Of a stretch of 64,000 nt of DNA, positions 24,606-37,687 are shown in pieces. Source of the stretch: Lama glama (taxonomy: Eukaryota); assembly GCA_028534125.1 (NCBI GenBank), contig CM052832.1, positions 19,532,001 through 19,596,000 of the forward strand, given 5' to 3'. A model generated the notes under the pieces. That model was not told where the DNA came from. It saw only the letters and a program-made list of their open reading frames with translations, and made no database searches. The first letter of the stretch is position 1. Each line of letters begins with the position of its first letter. Position numbers and translations under genes: made by a program.

Positions 24606-25309
24606 GTAGCAGTCATGCTTATTTAGATGTTTTCCTACCAACTCTGACTATGGAACCCACAGGAAAGGGGACACATCTTGCTCACCCAGCGAGCTTTCCC
24701 TGGGGCGAATACAGTGTGCACAAGTGGCTTAATTGTGTTGTGTCATAGAATCACAGAGCATGTAATGGGTTTTCAAATTCATTAAAAATGCAGTCGATTT
24801 TCCAGTCACTTTCCTTCCATCTACATAACCTCTCACTGTGTTTACCAGGCTCAAAGGAGACGGCTCATTAACATTTGGTCTATACCTGGATTCAGTCTCT
24901 GACTCTGCTCCCCAGCCTGTGCCATGAGCTCACCTCTTCATGTTTCAAGCCTGGAATTTCCTCATCATATGTGCTCTCCATGGAAATGTTATACTCTCTC
25001 AACTCACTTTTAGATCACATTTCATATTCATAGTCTAGATTAAACTAGAGCCCTAATTATTTTTCACATTTATTGTTTTGGACACTGATATATTTTTGCT
25101 TCTCCTGAAAGTGAAATTATTCTTTATAACCTGTATTCTGGTATTCTTGATAGTCAATCTTGGAGCAACAGGAATTACGCTTTAATCAGAAACATTTTAC
25201 ACCTGCTTTCCATGCCAGGGTGGGAGAAGTACACATGGTTTGTGAAAATGGAAGAAGGGGGCTAAAGAATGAGCTAGTCTAGTCAGCTTCTTATTCCACG
25301 AAGATCCTT

Positions 25310-25408
25310 GGGGGTGGAGTTTGTTTTGGAATCTTTGTATCCATGACGGTGCTGAATATGGTGCCTAATCCAGAGTAGTTGCTCAGTAAATACTGTTTGA
25401 GTGAACAG
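25310..25408 (+). mobile_element. L2 3' end
   Basis: 'atctttgtatcc...atggtgcctaatccagagtagttgctcagtaaatactgtttgagtgaa'. Confidence 0.7.
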
Positions 25409-27659
25409 ATCAGCTGTCCCAAACAAGGAAGTAGAACCTATTGGGTGTAGATAGCTATCAGAGTTCATTGACCCCCCATAACCCAAACCCCAGTATGACA
25501 CTGATCCTTAGGCTAAAATGTCTAATTTCTTCCCTACTCTCTCTTCTTTTTGAAATGCTCTTTGCTCAAATGTCACCTCCTCTCTGGAACTTTCACTGGT
25601 TTTCCCAGGTAGATTTAGTTGAATCTTGTGCTTAAGTTTCCTTTCCCAAACTATCAGGCCAGAAGTCTACTACAGCTATATGGACTACATGTCCTGTATG
25701 CTGACCTACAGCTCTGATTTGGGTTTGGACAGACCTGGTTTCAAGTCCTAACTTCATGACTGTGGATTCACAAGTTACTTTTCTGAATCTTGAATTCTTT
25801 GTGAGTCTAGTGGGAATAATAACAACTCATAAGATTCACTGATGAATTTGAGCAGCACCCCTGTTTTCATGTATTTTTATCACACCAAGATCTTCAAAAT
25901 GAGGAATCATATTTAGTTTCCCTTTATATCTGTAGCACCTACTTCAGTGCTAGGCATTGAGGAGATTCTCCTCAGTCATTTTTTTTGTGGAAAAAATATA
26001 AATGGGTGGACATAGAAGTAATAATTGCAAATATTACATAGTACTTACCATGTATCTGGCACACATCTAAATGCTTTGCATATATTAACTCATTAAATAT
26101 ATAGCAATAGCAATAATGGTTGTCATGAGGTGGAATATTAACTCCACGGAATATGTGGCTAAAATTATAGGAATGATGTGTGCATTTGTTTTGTGCATCA
26201 TTTCAGAGGTCACATCTCAACCCAGGTCACCAAGTAACGAAAATTTCTTCCCAGAGCCCTTTTATTACTGTTTCTATTTTGCCTCTAGTGTTTTCCTAAC
26301 ACTGCTCCTTGAACTTGCTTAGCTATGCTTGCCCTCTCCAAGAGTCCCCATGATGTAGACATTTTTTTTTAATCAAAATTTATCTTTCTTGTGTCCCTCC
26401 CTTGATGCCCTGTTAGGGGATTGGCAGCTCAATCTGATAAATTAAAGCTACACTGGTAATGGCTAATCATGGCACAATTCATAAATGTCCCTTTCCATAC
26501 CACATGTACATTAATATAGGTTGTCAGTGCTGAAGTCTACAACAAGGAATAATTTGGAAATATTTTCCAGAGAGACTCTCAGTATCTATTCTAGCGAAGG
26601 GAATTGAAAAGCTTAAAGTAGGAATGGAATTGGGAAAGTATGTGTTTGATTAGTATTCTTTTGAAAGCTTAATGAAATAAGTCCAGGAAATAAGCCCAAG
26701 AACAAGAACAGAAGAAAGGTGAGAGACCTTGAAAGAGGTGAAGAGATCCCCTGGTGTGTACGGTTATGTCAGAAGGAGTTTTATTTCATTTTTACTTGAG
26801 TTTATTATATAGTGAACAGGTATAGTATGCAGTGCCTCAGAGGTGAATGTTCTAATAACTGGCACTTTTTTTTTTACAATGAAAACACAATATAATACAA
26901 ACTAAGATCCAGTTAGATAAGAAGTCTGGATTTGATTTGAAAGGTTTAGTGTAACTTTCAGGTATTACCAAATGAAGCAGCCATAACTCCTGAAGATTAG
27001 GATAAGACAGTGAAGCAGCTTTTTGACATAGGTAGTAAATTTACATTCATCTTTCTGAAGGACTCACTAAAACCTAGAAGCAGACAGCATGGCAAAATAG
27101 AAAAAGCTACATGCTATCTAGAATATTGAGTTCTCAGTATACTTTAAATGCAGTCTTGTACAGATCACCTAATTTTTTTGTCTTTCAGTTTTACAAGTCT
27201 ATAAAATCAAGAACTTAACACTTAAAGACCTTACATTGCTCAAATTTAATATTCTAAGTCATTTCTTCATACTTTGCAAAACTCTAAATATCCCCCTAAA
27301 AGGTACATATTGGGAAAAAAAAAGGGCAGTGGTTGCATTTGGTTGACATTGCAGTGGTTGACAATAGAATGCATTTTCTAGGATGTAAAAGACAGTTTCT
27401 GTGTTGAGCAGGATAACAGGGAAATAGCTTATTATCCTCCAAACTCCAGGAAACTCTGCAGTATGAAAAGAGCAATTCATCTACAAAAAGTACTTGTCTA
27501 AAGGCTATGAAACTGCTCCAAAGTGTCTCCCTCATTTCTTGTTACTCACGTTTCACCAATTCCAGTGTGCTCTGCTGCTGCTGCTTTTTTGATCGTTCCA
27601 AAAATTGTCAAAGGAAAATTTCCCTAAAACTATGGTGTAACATTTACCTCATGATCATA

Positions 27660-27740
27660 AAACTTTATCAGTTGTGTGATGCATCCTGATTTCAGAGAAT
27701 AATCTATGAAAGAATATCTTAAGAGTGAGGAAATAGGGTG
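27660..27740. mobile_element. Possible TcMar-Tc2 (MER104/Kanga-like) terminus
   Basis: 'gatgcatcctgatttcagaga...tcttaagagtgaggaaatagg' resembles the recalled terminal sequence. Confidence 0.4.
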
Positions 27741-29164
27741 TTTCTATATTCCCCTCTTTTTCATCCTTTTCCCTTATATACTCTTATTACTACCCTACTT
27801 TTTCCTCTCTCTTCAGGGACCCTAATATGACCTGAAAATTTTTATAATGTGAAGTTAAGTCTTTTGCCTCTATTTTATAATCACTGAAGTTGAATTCCTT
27901 TATTTTTCTTAAACACCTACGAAATAAATTTGTATGTGTGTATATGTGTTGTGTATTGTCTGAGTCCTTCTTCAACATTGCTGAGGGTTAATGTAATTTA
28001 AGAGCAAAAATACTCAACTCAGTTTTACAGGATAAAAATTGAGGTGTTTCTTAGAGTATGCATATGCAGTGTTTGATCACAGGTTGGTAGAGTTGTCACG
28101 GAGAAGTTAACAGTATCTAGCAGGTTGGGTATATGGACTTTGAGATCTAGTTTGGGCAGTTCCGACAACTAACCCAGGTACTCAAATACCCTGGCTGAGG
28201 AACTGTCAGTGAGAACAATGCCAGTATTGTAAAATAGGATATACCATAAATATCTTTGCTTCTGTGGAAAGTCTTCCAAATGATTTTGTTACACTTATTG
28301 TATTGAAAATTTTCACCCTCTCTCTTCGTCTTCCATATTAAACTTACATGTTAGAGCTTCTCAGGAGTCAGACCTGTGTTTTAGTCATAGTACTATCCCA
28401 AAAGTTATCCCATTTACATACTGAGAAGATGGTTTTTTTGAGGACTGAAAAGATTAAGAAATTTATCATCTCACCCCAAAAACAAAGGTGGTGAATCACT
28501 AACACTGCTTTGTACCCTCCGTGAAGGAAAATCTAGGTTTGAAATCTTACACTGTATTTTCTGCTTTATCCATGACTGCTGGTTATAAAAGGCAATTTAG
28601 AAAGAAATCTTGGATTAAATCAGCCATGTCTTGTTTGGCTAGAATCCGCTGAACTGCAGGCTAGCTCCAGAAAAGGGATGACTTTCCACTGACTAACGAG
28701 AGTAATATTCTGCCTCTCTTGCTCCTTGCTTCTGGATAGCCAGTGCCTGTTAAATGATTGAATCTGTGGCTTAGTAGCATCAAACACTTCCTTTGTAGCT
28801 TGGAGGTTGCAGTTCACAATTATCTAGTCTGGACTCCACTGAGCAGTGATAATTAGGTGCTAAATGTTAACTGGATTACAGCGGGGATTGCTCCCACCCG
28901 TCATTTAACACCTCATCAGGGGTCAGGCCTTGAATGTTGTTTTCTACCTACTCATCCTGTGAAGCTGCCTCTTCCTGACCTTTCCTCAACGGCCTGTATT
29001 TTATCTTTCTGTCCAATTTTGGGACAGCCACATCTGTTCACCTACTTGATAAGAGTCGGCATCTGTAGCACACAAGTAGAGATCTGCGGCTCTTCTAAGA
29101 GGATGGAAGGAGCCAAGAGGCTCAGAGTGTCTCTAAATGAATGCTTCTCCAAAGAGAGAGAATT

Positions 29165-29365
29165 TACTATAACCATAATGGCAACTGTGTATTGCTGACT
29201 TTCTATGTGCACGATAACCTGTAAGTTCTATATTAAGATTATTTGGTTTATGGTGTGTTATGTATTATTACGGTCCCTTTGCTACAGATGTGGAAACTAG
29301 AGTGATAGGCTGTTTGTACTTAGGCTGGATGGGCTCAGAGTCCCTGTTTTTAACCACTGTGCTGT
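29165..29365 (-). mobile_element. MIR SINE
   Basis: 'ataatggcaactgtgtattgctgactttctatgtgc...ccctttgctacagatgtggaaactagag...tttaaccactgtgct'. Confidence 0.65.
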
Positions 29366-29573
29366 GCTGGGGCCTCTAACTTACTTTATCTTGGGCACTT
29401 CCTTGTACTCATTTGGCACTGAGGATGAACAAGAAATCACCATTCCACTGATCCCATTCTGTGCTTCAGAAGCGAGGGGTGTAGGTCCTGACTTGCAGGA
29501 GGGCATTCTCAGAGGGTCTGGGAAGGAGTATTTCCATGAAGCAAACTTGGGAAATTTCTCAGGCAGAAGGCCA

Positions 29574-30135
29574 TGTCGGGGAGGAAGAAATTTTCGTCTA
29601 TCCATCTGTATTCTTCTGGCTGGTCTAAGAATTAAATTGACATGAGACAGATTAATAGGAGAAAAATAAAACAAAAGTTCATTAACATGTATACGTGGGA
29701 TGGATTCCCCTCCCCCCACCTCAAAATGAGTAACTCACCAAAATGGCAGAAACCTTCACCTTAAGTATCATCTTCATCTACAGACAAAAGAAGATGTTGA
29801 GGGTAGTGGTTTGGGACTTCACAGGTGAGGAAGAAGGAAATTCACATGGGGATGGAAAAGCAAGAGTTTGGTAAATAATGTTTGCTGGGCCAGGCACAGA
29901 TAATGGGACACAGAGTGGCCTCATCTCTAGACCTTGCCGAGTCTCCCCTACCACACAGCCGTTCTTTGCAGACATCTCTGGTGATATCTTTATTCTAGGA
30001 ACATGCCCTCTATGTAAATTGTTTTAGGCAGTTAGGGGGAAGGTCAAAATTTCTTCCAGAGTCTTTTGGGCCTAATCGATTGTTTTTAGGTCAAAATAAC
30101 CCACATGCCAAAGGACACATTTTGCGGTGGTGAAG
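29574..30135 (-). mobile_element. Solo LTR, ERV1 class (MER41-like)
   Basis: Starts TGTCGGGG; 'ctaagaattaaattgacatgagacagattaataggagaaaa', 'aaaatgagtaactcacc', 'tcaaaataacccacatgccaaagg' resemble MER41-related laurasiatherian LTRs. Right end approximate. Confidence 0.7.
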
Positions 30136-30331
30136 CTACTATCTGGAATTTATACAGACGCCAATCTTTGCTGCCAATTGTGTTCTCTTCAAAAAATCCA
30201 AAAATACAGGTTGTAGCAAAGGCCTGCAGATCAGTGGGGTAAAATTCCATGGAAGGTGAGCTGATTTAGAGAAGATTAGAAATCCACAGCCAGGGAGGTC
30301 AGAGGGAATCAATTCAAATCTCTTACTCAAA

Positions 30332-30668
30332 CAGTTGTTCCTCGCATCTGAGAGTGAATGGTTCCAGGACTCACGTGTATACCAAAATCCACAGATGCTC
30401 CAGTACCCTCTATGAAATGGTGGACTATCTGCATATAACCTACACACATTTTCCTGTGTACTGTAAGTCATCTCTAGATTAGTTATAATACCTAATACAA
30501 CGTGAATGCTATATAAATAGACATAAATACAATGTAAACGCTATTTAAATAGTTGCTGGTGCGTAGCAATTTCAAGTTTTGCTGTTGGAACTTTCTAGGA
30601 TTTTTTTTTTAAATCCACAGTTGGTTGAACTCAAGGATGCAAAACCTGCAGATACAGAGGGCTGAATG
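30332..30668 (+). mobile_element. MER2B-like Tigger MITE
   Basis: 'ataccaaaatccacagatgctc', 'gcatataacctacacac', 'gtcatctctagattagttataatacctaatacaa', end 'ggatgcaaaacctgcagatacagagggctga'. Confidence 0.88.
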
Positions 30669-31997
30669 AGTGTTAATTAATCAGTTTTTCAGGTCACTTT
30701 AAAGGGATTTGTGATTTTATTTCTATATTCATTATACAACAGAAATTTAAGATATTACTCATGTAGTGGTTATAGATTTTTTTCTAATGGTGTTTTTATT
30801 CTATCTATTACAATATTTGAGAAATAATAAAGTTCCATCCATTTTGGCTTTTAACTGTAGATTTTGAGGGAGAAAAGCTCTGCAAGACTCCAAGCATTTT
30901 TATTCTTTGCAGTTTTTTTCTAGAAATTCTTAAAGTAATTTTTGGTTTCCAACTTATATTTTGTTCTGAAATTTACCAACATTTATTGTATCAATAAAAT
31001 GAACGTCATTATTGTATCTTCTTTTTGAACCAAATCCACTGTGAATATACCTGTTGTTTGTTTGGCTGCGTATTTTTAAAAAAATACTGCTGAGCAATTG
31101 TACTTTCAAAAAGGTAATTTCAGCCCCCACTGACTTACTTGCCATTCAAGACACTTCCTCTGGTACAATTTGTTATTCTGAGGTTTTCTCTAGGTGGTTG
31201 TTTTTACACTTCTTCTTCAGCATGTATTTTCTTAGTGTTAACTATATATCTGGCTTGATCTTGGTACAAACTCACTTAGCATTTTAATCTGAATCTCACT
31301 TAATCCTTGTCACTCAGTTGATATAGACTGCACATTTACAACGCCAGTTTAATCATTCTGGAAACATTTGGTCATGAATAAAAGAACACTGCAGCTGTTC
31401 CAACTTGCAGGCAGGACGAGACCCTTCTTTACAGAGCTGTTCCAGGGCCTACTGTAAATTCACGTTGACCTTGATTCTTTGCTTGTGAGACAGACAAATG
31501 TCAAATTGGTTGGGATTTTTAGCCACTGCACCTCCCAAGCTCGTCAAACATTTTATTAAAATACTGTTTATTTGCTGAGCTTCATTCCCCCCAGGACACT
31601 TTGGGGGTCTTTTAGGGTCATTTTATCATTCCTCCTTTTCCTCATCCTAAAAAAGAAGCAATTTGTACTTGCTGTGTATTTGAGAAACGAAATGGCGGGG
31701 ATGGAAGGACAATCACATTTAATCAGATTTTTTTTTCTTGATTCAAATATATTCTGTTGAGACTATTATAACTGAACCCTCCTAATGCTATATTTTCTGA
31801 GGTTCAGTGGTGAGTAATTGGACTAAATTAGTTAGACAGTACCCTGAGGGCTTCCTCTGACCCATCATATCTTTGTGTGGGAGTCTTCCTCCCCATTATC
31901 ATAAACATGGTCACCATGCATGCTGTTTCTTCCCCCACTGCTGTCTCTAGGTGTTGCAAAGGATGCTTTGAGAATCTGTTTATGATCTTCTACATCC

Positions 31998-32325
31998 GTC
32001 AGGATAGGATAAGTTATGGGATAAAATAACCCCACAGTCTCAGTGGCTTAAAACCACAAAGGTTTATCCTTCTCACAGAACACATGCTTATGACAGGTTG
32101 TCTGGGAGCTCTGTCTCTCTTAGGGACTGGCTGAGGGAAACTCTGTCTTGATGACCAAGGCAGGAGAATGGCAGTGTGGTGAATGGAGCACTGGCTTTTA
32201 CACCTTTTGGCCAGATGTGACATCACTTCTTGCTCACATTTCATCAGCAAGTTTCAGTTTAATCCTACCTGTGTCTGGAAGGAGAACTCAAAATATCTGG
32301 TTGACAGTTCTAATGACTAGCACAC
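31998..32325 (-). mobile_element. MLT1 (MaLR) LTR, old subfamily
   Basis: 'gtcaggataggataagttatg...ccccacagtctcagtggcttaaaaccacaaaggtttat', 'gtgacatcacttcttgctcacatttcatc'. Confidence 0.75.
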
Positions 32326-32420
32326 CCGGGGGGTACACACTCCTTGAGGAGGTTGCAGGGTACAGCTGTCTTGCTGCCATATCCTCACTCATATCCCAGG
32401 CTCAGCTCAAAACATACATT

Positions 32421-32610
32421 CAGGGATGGCTACATGATTTATGGTAAATGAAAAAGAAGTGTAAAATGAAAGTATGTGGCCCTTTTCTCAGAAATTATTA
32501 AGAGGTTTCAAAGGGAGTGACATCAGAGCATAAACCAAACACAGGGCACTTTTAAGTGTGGGGCCCTGTGCAACTGTTCAGAGCACTGGACCTGTGTACA
32601 TCCCAGGAAG
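32421..32610 (-). mobile_element. MER45A-like hAT-Tip100 MITE
   Basis: 'gtgtaaaatgaaagtatgtggccc...aattattaagaggtttcaa...cagagcataaaccaaacacagggc...ggggccctgtgcaactg'. Confidence 0.7.
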
Positions 32611-33288
32611 GGATGTGGAAGACAGGACCTCTAGGGGAGATACTGGAGGATGCTAAATTAAATGTATGTGCTTGTCCAGAGAGGCTGCACAGAGATTGTC
32701 TATCTGTCTCACAAGATGTACTGTCAGAATGAGTAAGACTATGTAAGGGTGAGGATTTTTCCTTTGTGAATCCCAACAGGGAGGTGACCTCTAAATTCAA
32801 GGCATAATCATGCCCCAACAGTGATTTAATGACATTAATTACAGTCCTGTAACTGAACTGTCTCACTCTTGTAATTTCCTTAGAGAAAGATGGTTGGAAA
32901 ACCCTCTCCTGCCCTGACTTTCTGTGAGGTGGAAAATGTGGTACCTGCCACTAAGTGTCAGGAATGCTTTCTGTTTGCCTGTGTCCATTTCTGCAAAGCT
33001 AAGTCAGATGAAGAGGTTTATTGAGGGTCTGGGCGAGAGAACTGGTAACTGGAACTTCTTGTTAGAATCCCAGCCTATTTCGTCCCCTCCTAAAACAAAG
33101 AACTCTGGAGTCTGCCTGGCTTGGGTAGATCTTTAGGATCCAGAGATTTTATTTTGATTGTTTTAAAGTGTAAGAGGGCAAATTGGTAATTTAATCTTTT
33201 GGATTATACTCTTTATGGAGGCATGTGCTTGTGTAAAGGGTATGAGGGGCAATAAGTTTGTTTTTATAGTCCCACGGCCTGATAGGAC

Positions 33289-33728
33289 TGTAGTAGATGT
33301 TGTTGGTACCCTGCCCAGATCCTCCAGGTCACATGAGGATTGGCTGCCCTGGGCTCACCACCTGCTTCTCCTGGAGAAATGCCCTTGGCTGACTGCAGCT
33401 ACTTCACCCTAGAAGCATCTTATGGCAATGACTCAGTAATAGCAGGATAGAAAAACAAAACAAAACAAAACAAAAAGACCGCAAAGGTACCAGATTCCTT
33501 GCCTCAAGGTAGGAACAACTTTAGGGTGTGATGTATGTTCCATAGTCCCCTGTGGATCAGGCTAAGCCTACAGTTTACCTGAGACCATATCCTTGCACAG
33601 TTCTTTTCCTTTCCTATCCTGATACTCACCTTCCCTTTCAGGTTTTTCCTGAGGAGCACCCCCTCAATAAATCATGTTCACCAAATCCCTGTTTCAGGCT
33701 CTGCTTCTAGAGAACCCCACTTAAAATA
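33289..33728 (+). mobile_element. LTR16-type ERVL solo LTR
   Basis: 'tgtagtagatgttgttggtaccctgcccagatcc', 'cctcaataaatcatgttcaccaaatccctgtttcaggctctgcttctagagaacc'; flanks AGGAC/AGAAC (4/5 TSD); internal (AAAAC)n. Confidence 0.8.
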
Positions 33729-34089
33729 AGAACCGTACTTATTTTATTCCAAGGGAGATTCATCCTGAATAGACAGTTGCCACTGGGTCAGATTTGTACT
33801 TAAGGGTTAGAACTATGAGGACATCCTTTCCCTAGAAACAGAGATCTGACTTTAGTGATAACAAAGGAATAGCCTCTTCTTGCCTTTTCCTGGTATGTAG
33901 CTGGTTAAACAAGCAGCCGATGGAAGGAGGAAGATGTTTGGGAATATCTGTGATGAGGGCTGCTCTTAAATGTCAGCCATCCTCATTAGCAGTGCTACTT
34001 TGAGCTGGGTCTCCAGAGAGCCATTGTATCACACCGCATGTCCCCTGTCCCTGCTCTGCAGCTCCCGGTTAACCAGGATGGCAATAATC

Positions 34090-34390
34090 ACAGCTAACCT
34101 GTACATAGAGTGAGTGTTTTCCTTAAGTTAGTTCCTTGAATCATCAAAATTGCTCCACAGAATAGGACCAAGGTGATAGAGCTATTAGGTGGCAGAGCCA
34201 GACCTGAACCTAAGCAATTGGCTCTAGATTCCATGTCTTCACCATCATGCTCAGCTGTCTCACAGGTAAGAGTAGAGGCTGATTCTCACCTGCTTCATGG
34301 GGTTGTAAGGATTAAATGAGATAATGTGATTAAAACACTGAGTATAATGCCTAACACATAGTAAGGGTTCCATAAATAATAATTTTTATT
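34090..34390. mobile_element. Two MIR fragments (- then +)
   Basis: 'aggtggcagagccagacctgaacctaagca' (antisense head) and 'gttgtaaggattaaatgagataatgtg...gcctaacacatagtaag' (sense tail). Confidence 0.7.
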
Positions 34391-35904
34391 ATTATTTTGT
34401 GGAAGGGTTTACAGAGATACCAAAATTTTGAGAGCTGGAATCAGTGTCATCTTAGTCGATTCCTTTTAAAACACAAATGTTCCTTGTCCAGAGTCTATTC
34501 CTTGCTTTGTGGACCTCAGCTCCTCTCTGAATGAGAGCACACAGCCTAGAAACAATTGTAGTTTCTTTCAGTATCACATCTCAGCAAGGTGGTGATGATA
34601 AGCAGAGTGTCACCATCCTCCAGGTGTGTTAGTGGTTCCAGGACCACTTTCTTCTAATGATTGCCCTTTGTGGTCTTGGAGTGACGTCAAGAAAGGCACA
34701 GGTCAGCCTGGCTAGAAGTGATTTGGATATTTTAATTGTTTTCAGAAAAAAAAACACACAGGAAATGGGCAATACAACCTCCAATCTTATAACTCAGTTG
34801 GCAGATTGGAAAAACATCACTAGACAGAGTCATTTGCATCAGTGGTATCTTTGGATTTCACAGTGAGTCATCTGCATCCTTCACCAAGTGAGTCAGCTGT
34901 GCCCTGACTAGCACTGAGCATCTATATTTTGGTTGAGTGTGGAGACCGTATGACATCTGTCCTAGTAGATTGCAGACTTGCCATTTATACCACTTACAGT
35001 GACAACTAGTTGAATTTTGGGTGAATGGATGAGCAACTAATTAGGGCTCTTTAAATGGCCATGACAGTCATAGAGAAGTTGGGGGAGAAATTTGCTAACA
35101 ATAAAGTCATACTGACTAATGAAAGCCAGGGAATTCATGAGGACACAGAAATATACCCTGTTGGCTTAATTATTTATGGATACAAAATAATTCAAATGAG
35201 AAATTGCTGGGAAATGGACTAATCTTAAGGTGTTATATTGCCTCAAATTTACATTCTCTTTTTGAACATGTGCATTTTATATTAGGCCAAGAGTGAGTGG
35301 GGGGTGGTTGTGAAGGTAGTGGTGGTGGTGATGGGAGCAAAAGGAATGAAGTGTGTAGATTATGGGATTTTAATCATAACTGTGAATTCATTAAAATGTA
35401 AGTAAATGAAACCCTTAAGATAAAGTGTTCACATCCTCCACAGGCCAAATTAATATCTTTTGATTTTATTGTCACAATCAGAAGACCTAAGTTTGCATCA
35501 CAGGAAAGAGGGAGAACAATTTAAAGTGGTCACAGGAGTTAGGGAAAAAGTCAAGTCAGATGTCTCTGCAGTTTGCTGATGAGATTCGTGTTCCTTATTC
35601 ACTGTAGGAGAGAAGACTGCTTGGTGGAAAGGGTAAAAAGAGATCAAGTATGGATTGGGCCAATGACTAGTTGAAAATTTTGTTAGGCCCTTAGATTTTG
35701 TTTTTATTTGTTTGTTTGATTCTCATTAACTGCATATGTCTGAGCAAGTTCTGGGTAGTTTGTTTTGACTACCTGGGAATGTTCCTTGGTTCGTAGTTTA
35801 AAAGAATTAGTTTGTTATTAAGGCACCCAATAAAATTGATACATAATAGGCCAGATATTATTTCACTCTCTGCAAGTTGGAACACTTATGGAGGGGGCAT
35901 TACT

Positions 35905-36125
35905 GGGTAGGAGTTAAAGCATGAGGTTTGTAATAAATCTGGTTAAAATACAGTTGGAGTTGTCTGCTGTGTGACTTGGAAATGTTATGTAATCCCTTCA
36001 AGTTTCAGTTACTTAATCTGTAAAATGGAGATTATATTTCAGGGTTTTGTTAAAGGACTAGTTTTGACAACGTGTGTAAGTTTCTTGTCTGGTGTGTGTT
36101 TACAATATAACTATTCACTGAACAG
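35905..36125 (+). mobile_element. MIR SINE
   Basis: 'gctgtgtgacttggaaatgttatgtaatcccttcaagtttcagttacttaatctgtaaaatggagatt'. Confidence 0.75.
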
Positions 36126-36664
36126 TGCCTCTTAGCATATCTTGACAACCATGATGATGTTGAGAACTTTTGTCTCTGTTCATCCCTGAGTCCATATATG
36201 GCATGTTTCCATCTCCTCTCTGAGTGGAAGATTCTGGTAATGATAGGCTCTGGCTTCTGTCATCTTCTTTATAACTTCATTGTAGTCTCAAGATCTTCCT
36301 TCACTGTGATGGTGGAGCCCTCTCTAGTCTGAGAGTGAGTGTTCCTAATGAATGCTGACCTTGCTGCTTATGCTGGGCTCTTTCCTTTCCAAAATAGTGG
36401 GACTATTTAGAATCTAGAAACTAGAACTAGACTAGAATCTAGAAAACTAGTATAATTTCTTTTAATCTGCAGTAATCATAATGACTAATACTTACTTATC
36501 TCTTTTTTTAATCAATATTAATGTACAGGTATTTCAGTAAGCCTTGAGCAGTCCTTTTCTCAGTTGAAATCTTGCTCATAATCTTAACATATAAAACAGA
36601 CAGACTCAGAGCTATTCTGATGGAAACGAGGAAGTGTGTTTTAGGAAGGGGGTGCTGGGAGGAC

Positions 36665-37250
36665 TGTTACCTAACCTCTCTGTCCTCCTTCATGGCATCC
36701 TCAAGGTCCCTGCATGGAACTCTTGTTCCTGTTAGAGAGCTGGTGGTCAGTTAGGACAAGTCAAATGGAAAGTAACAATTAAGGCTTTATTCACTGCTGT
36801 GATAGTGTAAGCAAGAAGCCAAAAAGAGAAAGAGAGTGCTAGTTCTCCCAATGTTCCATTTCCCCCCATGGACTGACACTGGACAAAGGTCAGATGGATC
36901 TGTATAGATAGGGGAAAGGGAGTGGTCTCACTGCTCAGGGAACCCCAAATAAAAGGCTTTTGCCATTAAAGGGACCTGAGAGCCTAGAAGAATGGAGAGC
37001 CCCCTCCCTGTCCTCAACACACATGAAGAGGCTTCTGAATGGAGGTGCCTAGGCTAGGAATGCAAATATGAGCATGGCTAGTGGATGGGTGAGGTGGGCA
37101 GGGTCCTCAAAGGCAACTTGCCTCAGAGACTGCAGCGCACTGGCTCTGCACCAAGGCTAAGGTGGGGATAGCAGCTTTCTCAAATGAGGCCTGCCAGGCA
37201 AAGCCTATGTTTGGTTCCAAAATATCACATGTAGGATTCTGGCCTACAGC
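36665..37250 (-). mobile_element. Probable old solo LTR (family unassigned)
   Basis: TGTTAC...CA ends, TTTATT (AATAAA on -) at ~36786, GC-richer than flanks; no clear TSD. Confidence 0.4.
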
Positions 37251-37590
37251 AAGTTGCCTCAGTACCCTTTGGCATAGTTTAAAACGACTGTAATACTTGA
37301 TAGAATATAGGATTGCTTTATGAAGGAAAGATGCAGTCATTTAGCTTTTAGGGAGAATGGAGTTCAGTGTATTCTGTGCAAATAAATAGTTTATATTTAT
37401 ACCTAATTGGCTTTAGTTAACTCATTTTAATATACCAGTTGATCAGGCTTTTGAAGGCATGCTATTTATCATGCTGGTGGAAGCCAAGTTGGTATTCTCA
37501 TTCCTAGAAAATATTTTTGCCATTCACTTTATGTGTCTAAAATTTGTGACTCTTCCATAAGGTAGACTAAGTAAAAACTGTTGATACAAG

Positions 37591-37687
37591 GTGCGGAGGG
37601 TAATAGCTCAGTGGTAGAGGGCTTGCTTAGCATGTGCACGGTCCTGGGTTCAATCCTCAATAACTCTATGGAAGAAAAAAAAAAAAA
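37591..37687 (+). mobile_element. tRNA-derived camelid SINE (vic-1 type), short
   Basis: A box 'tagctcagtgg', B box 'ggttcaatcc', poly(A) tail, degenerate TSD. Confidence 0.85.

Noticed and set aside
37591..37670. tRNA-Ala-like gene (also 46885-46968)
   Set aside because: Poly(A) tail, TSDs and a broken acceptor stem indicate SINEs, not functional tRNAs.
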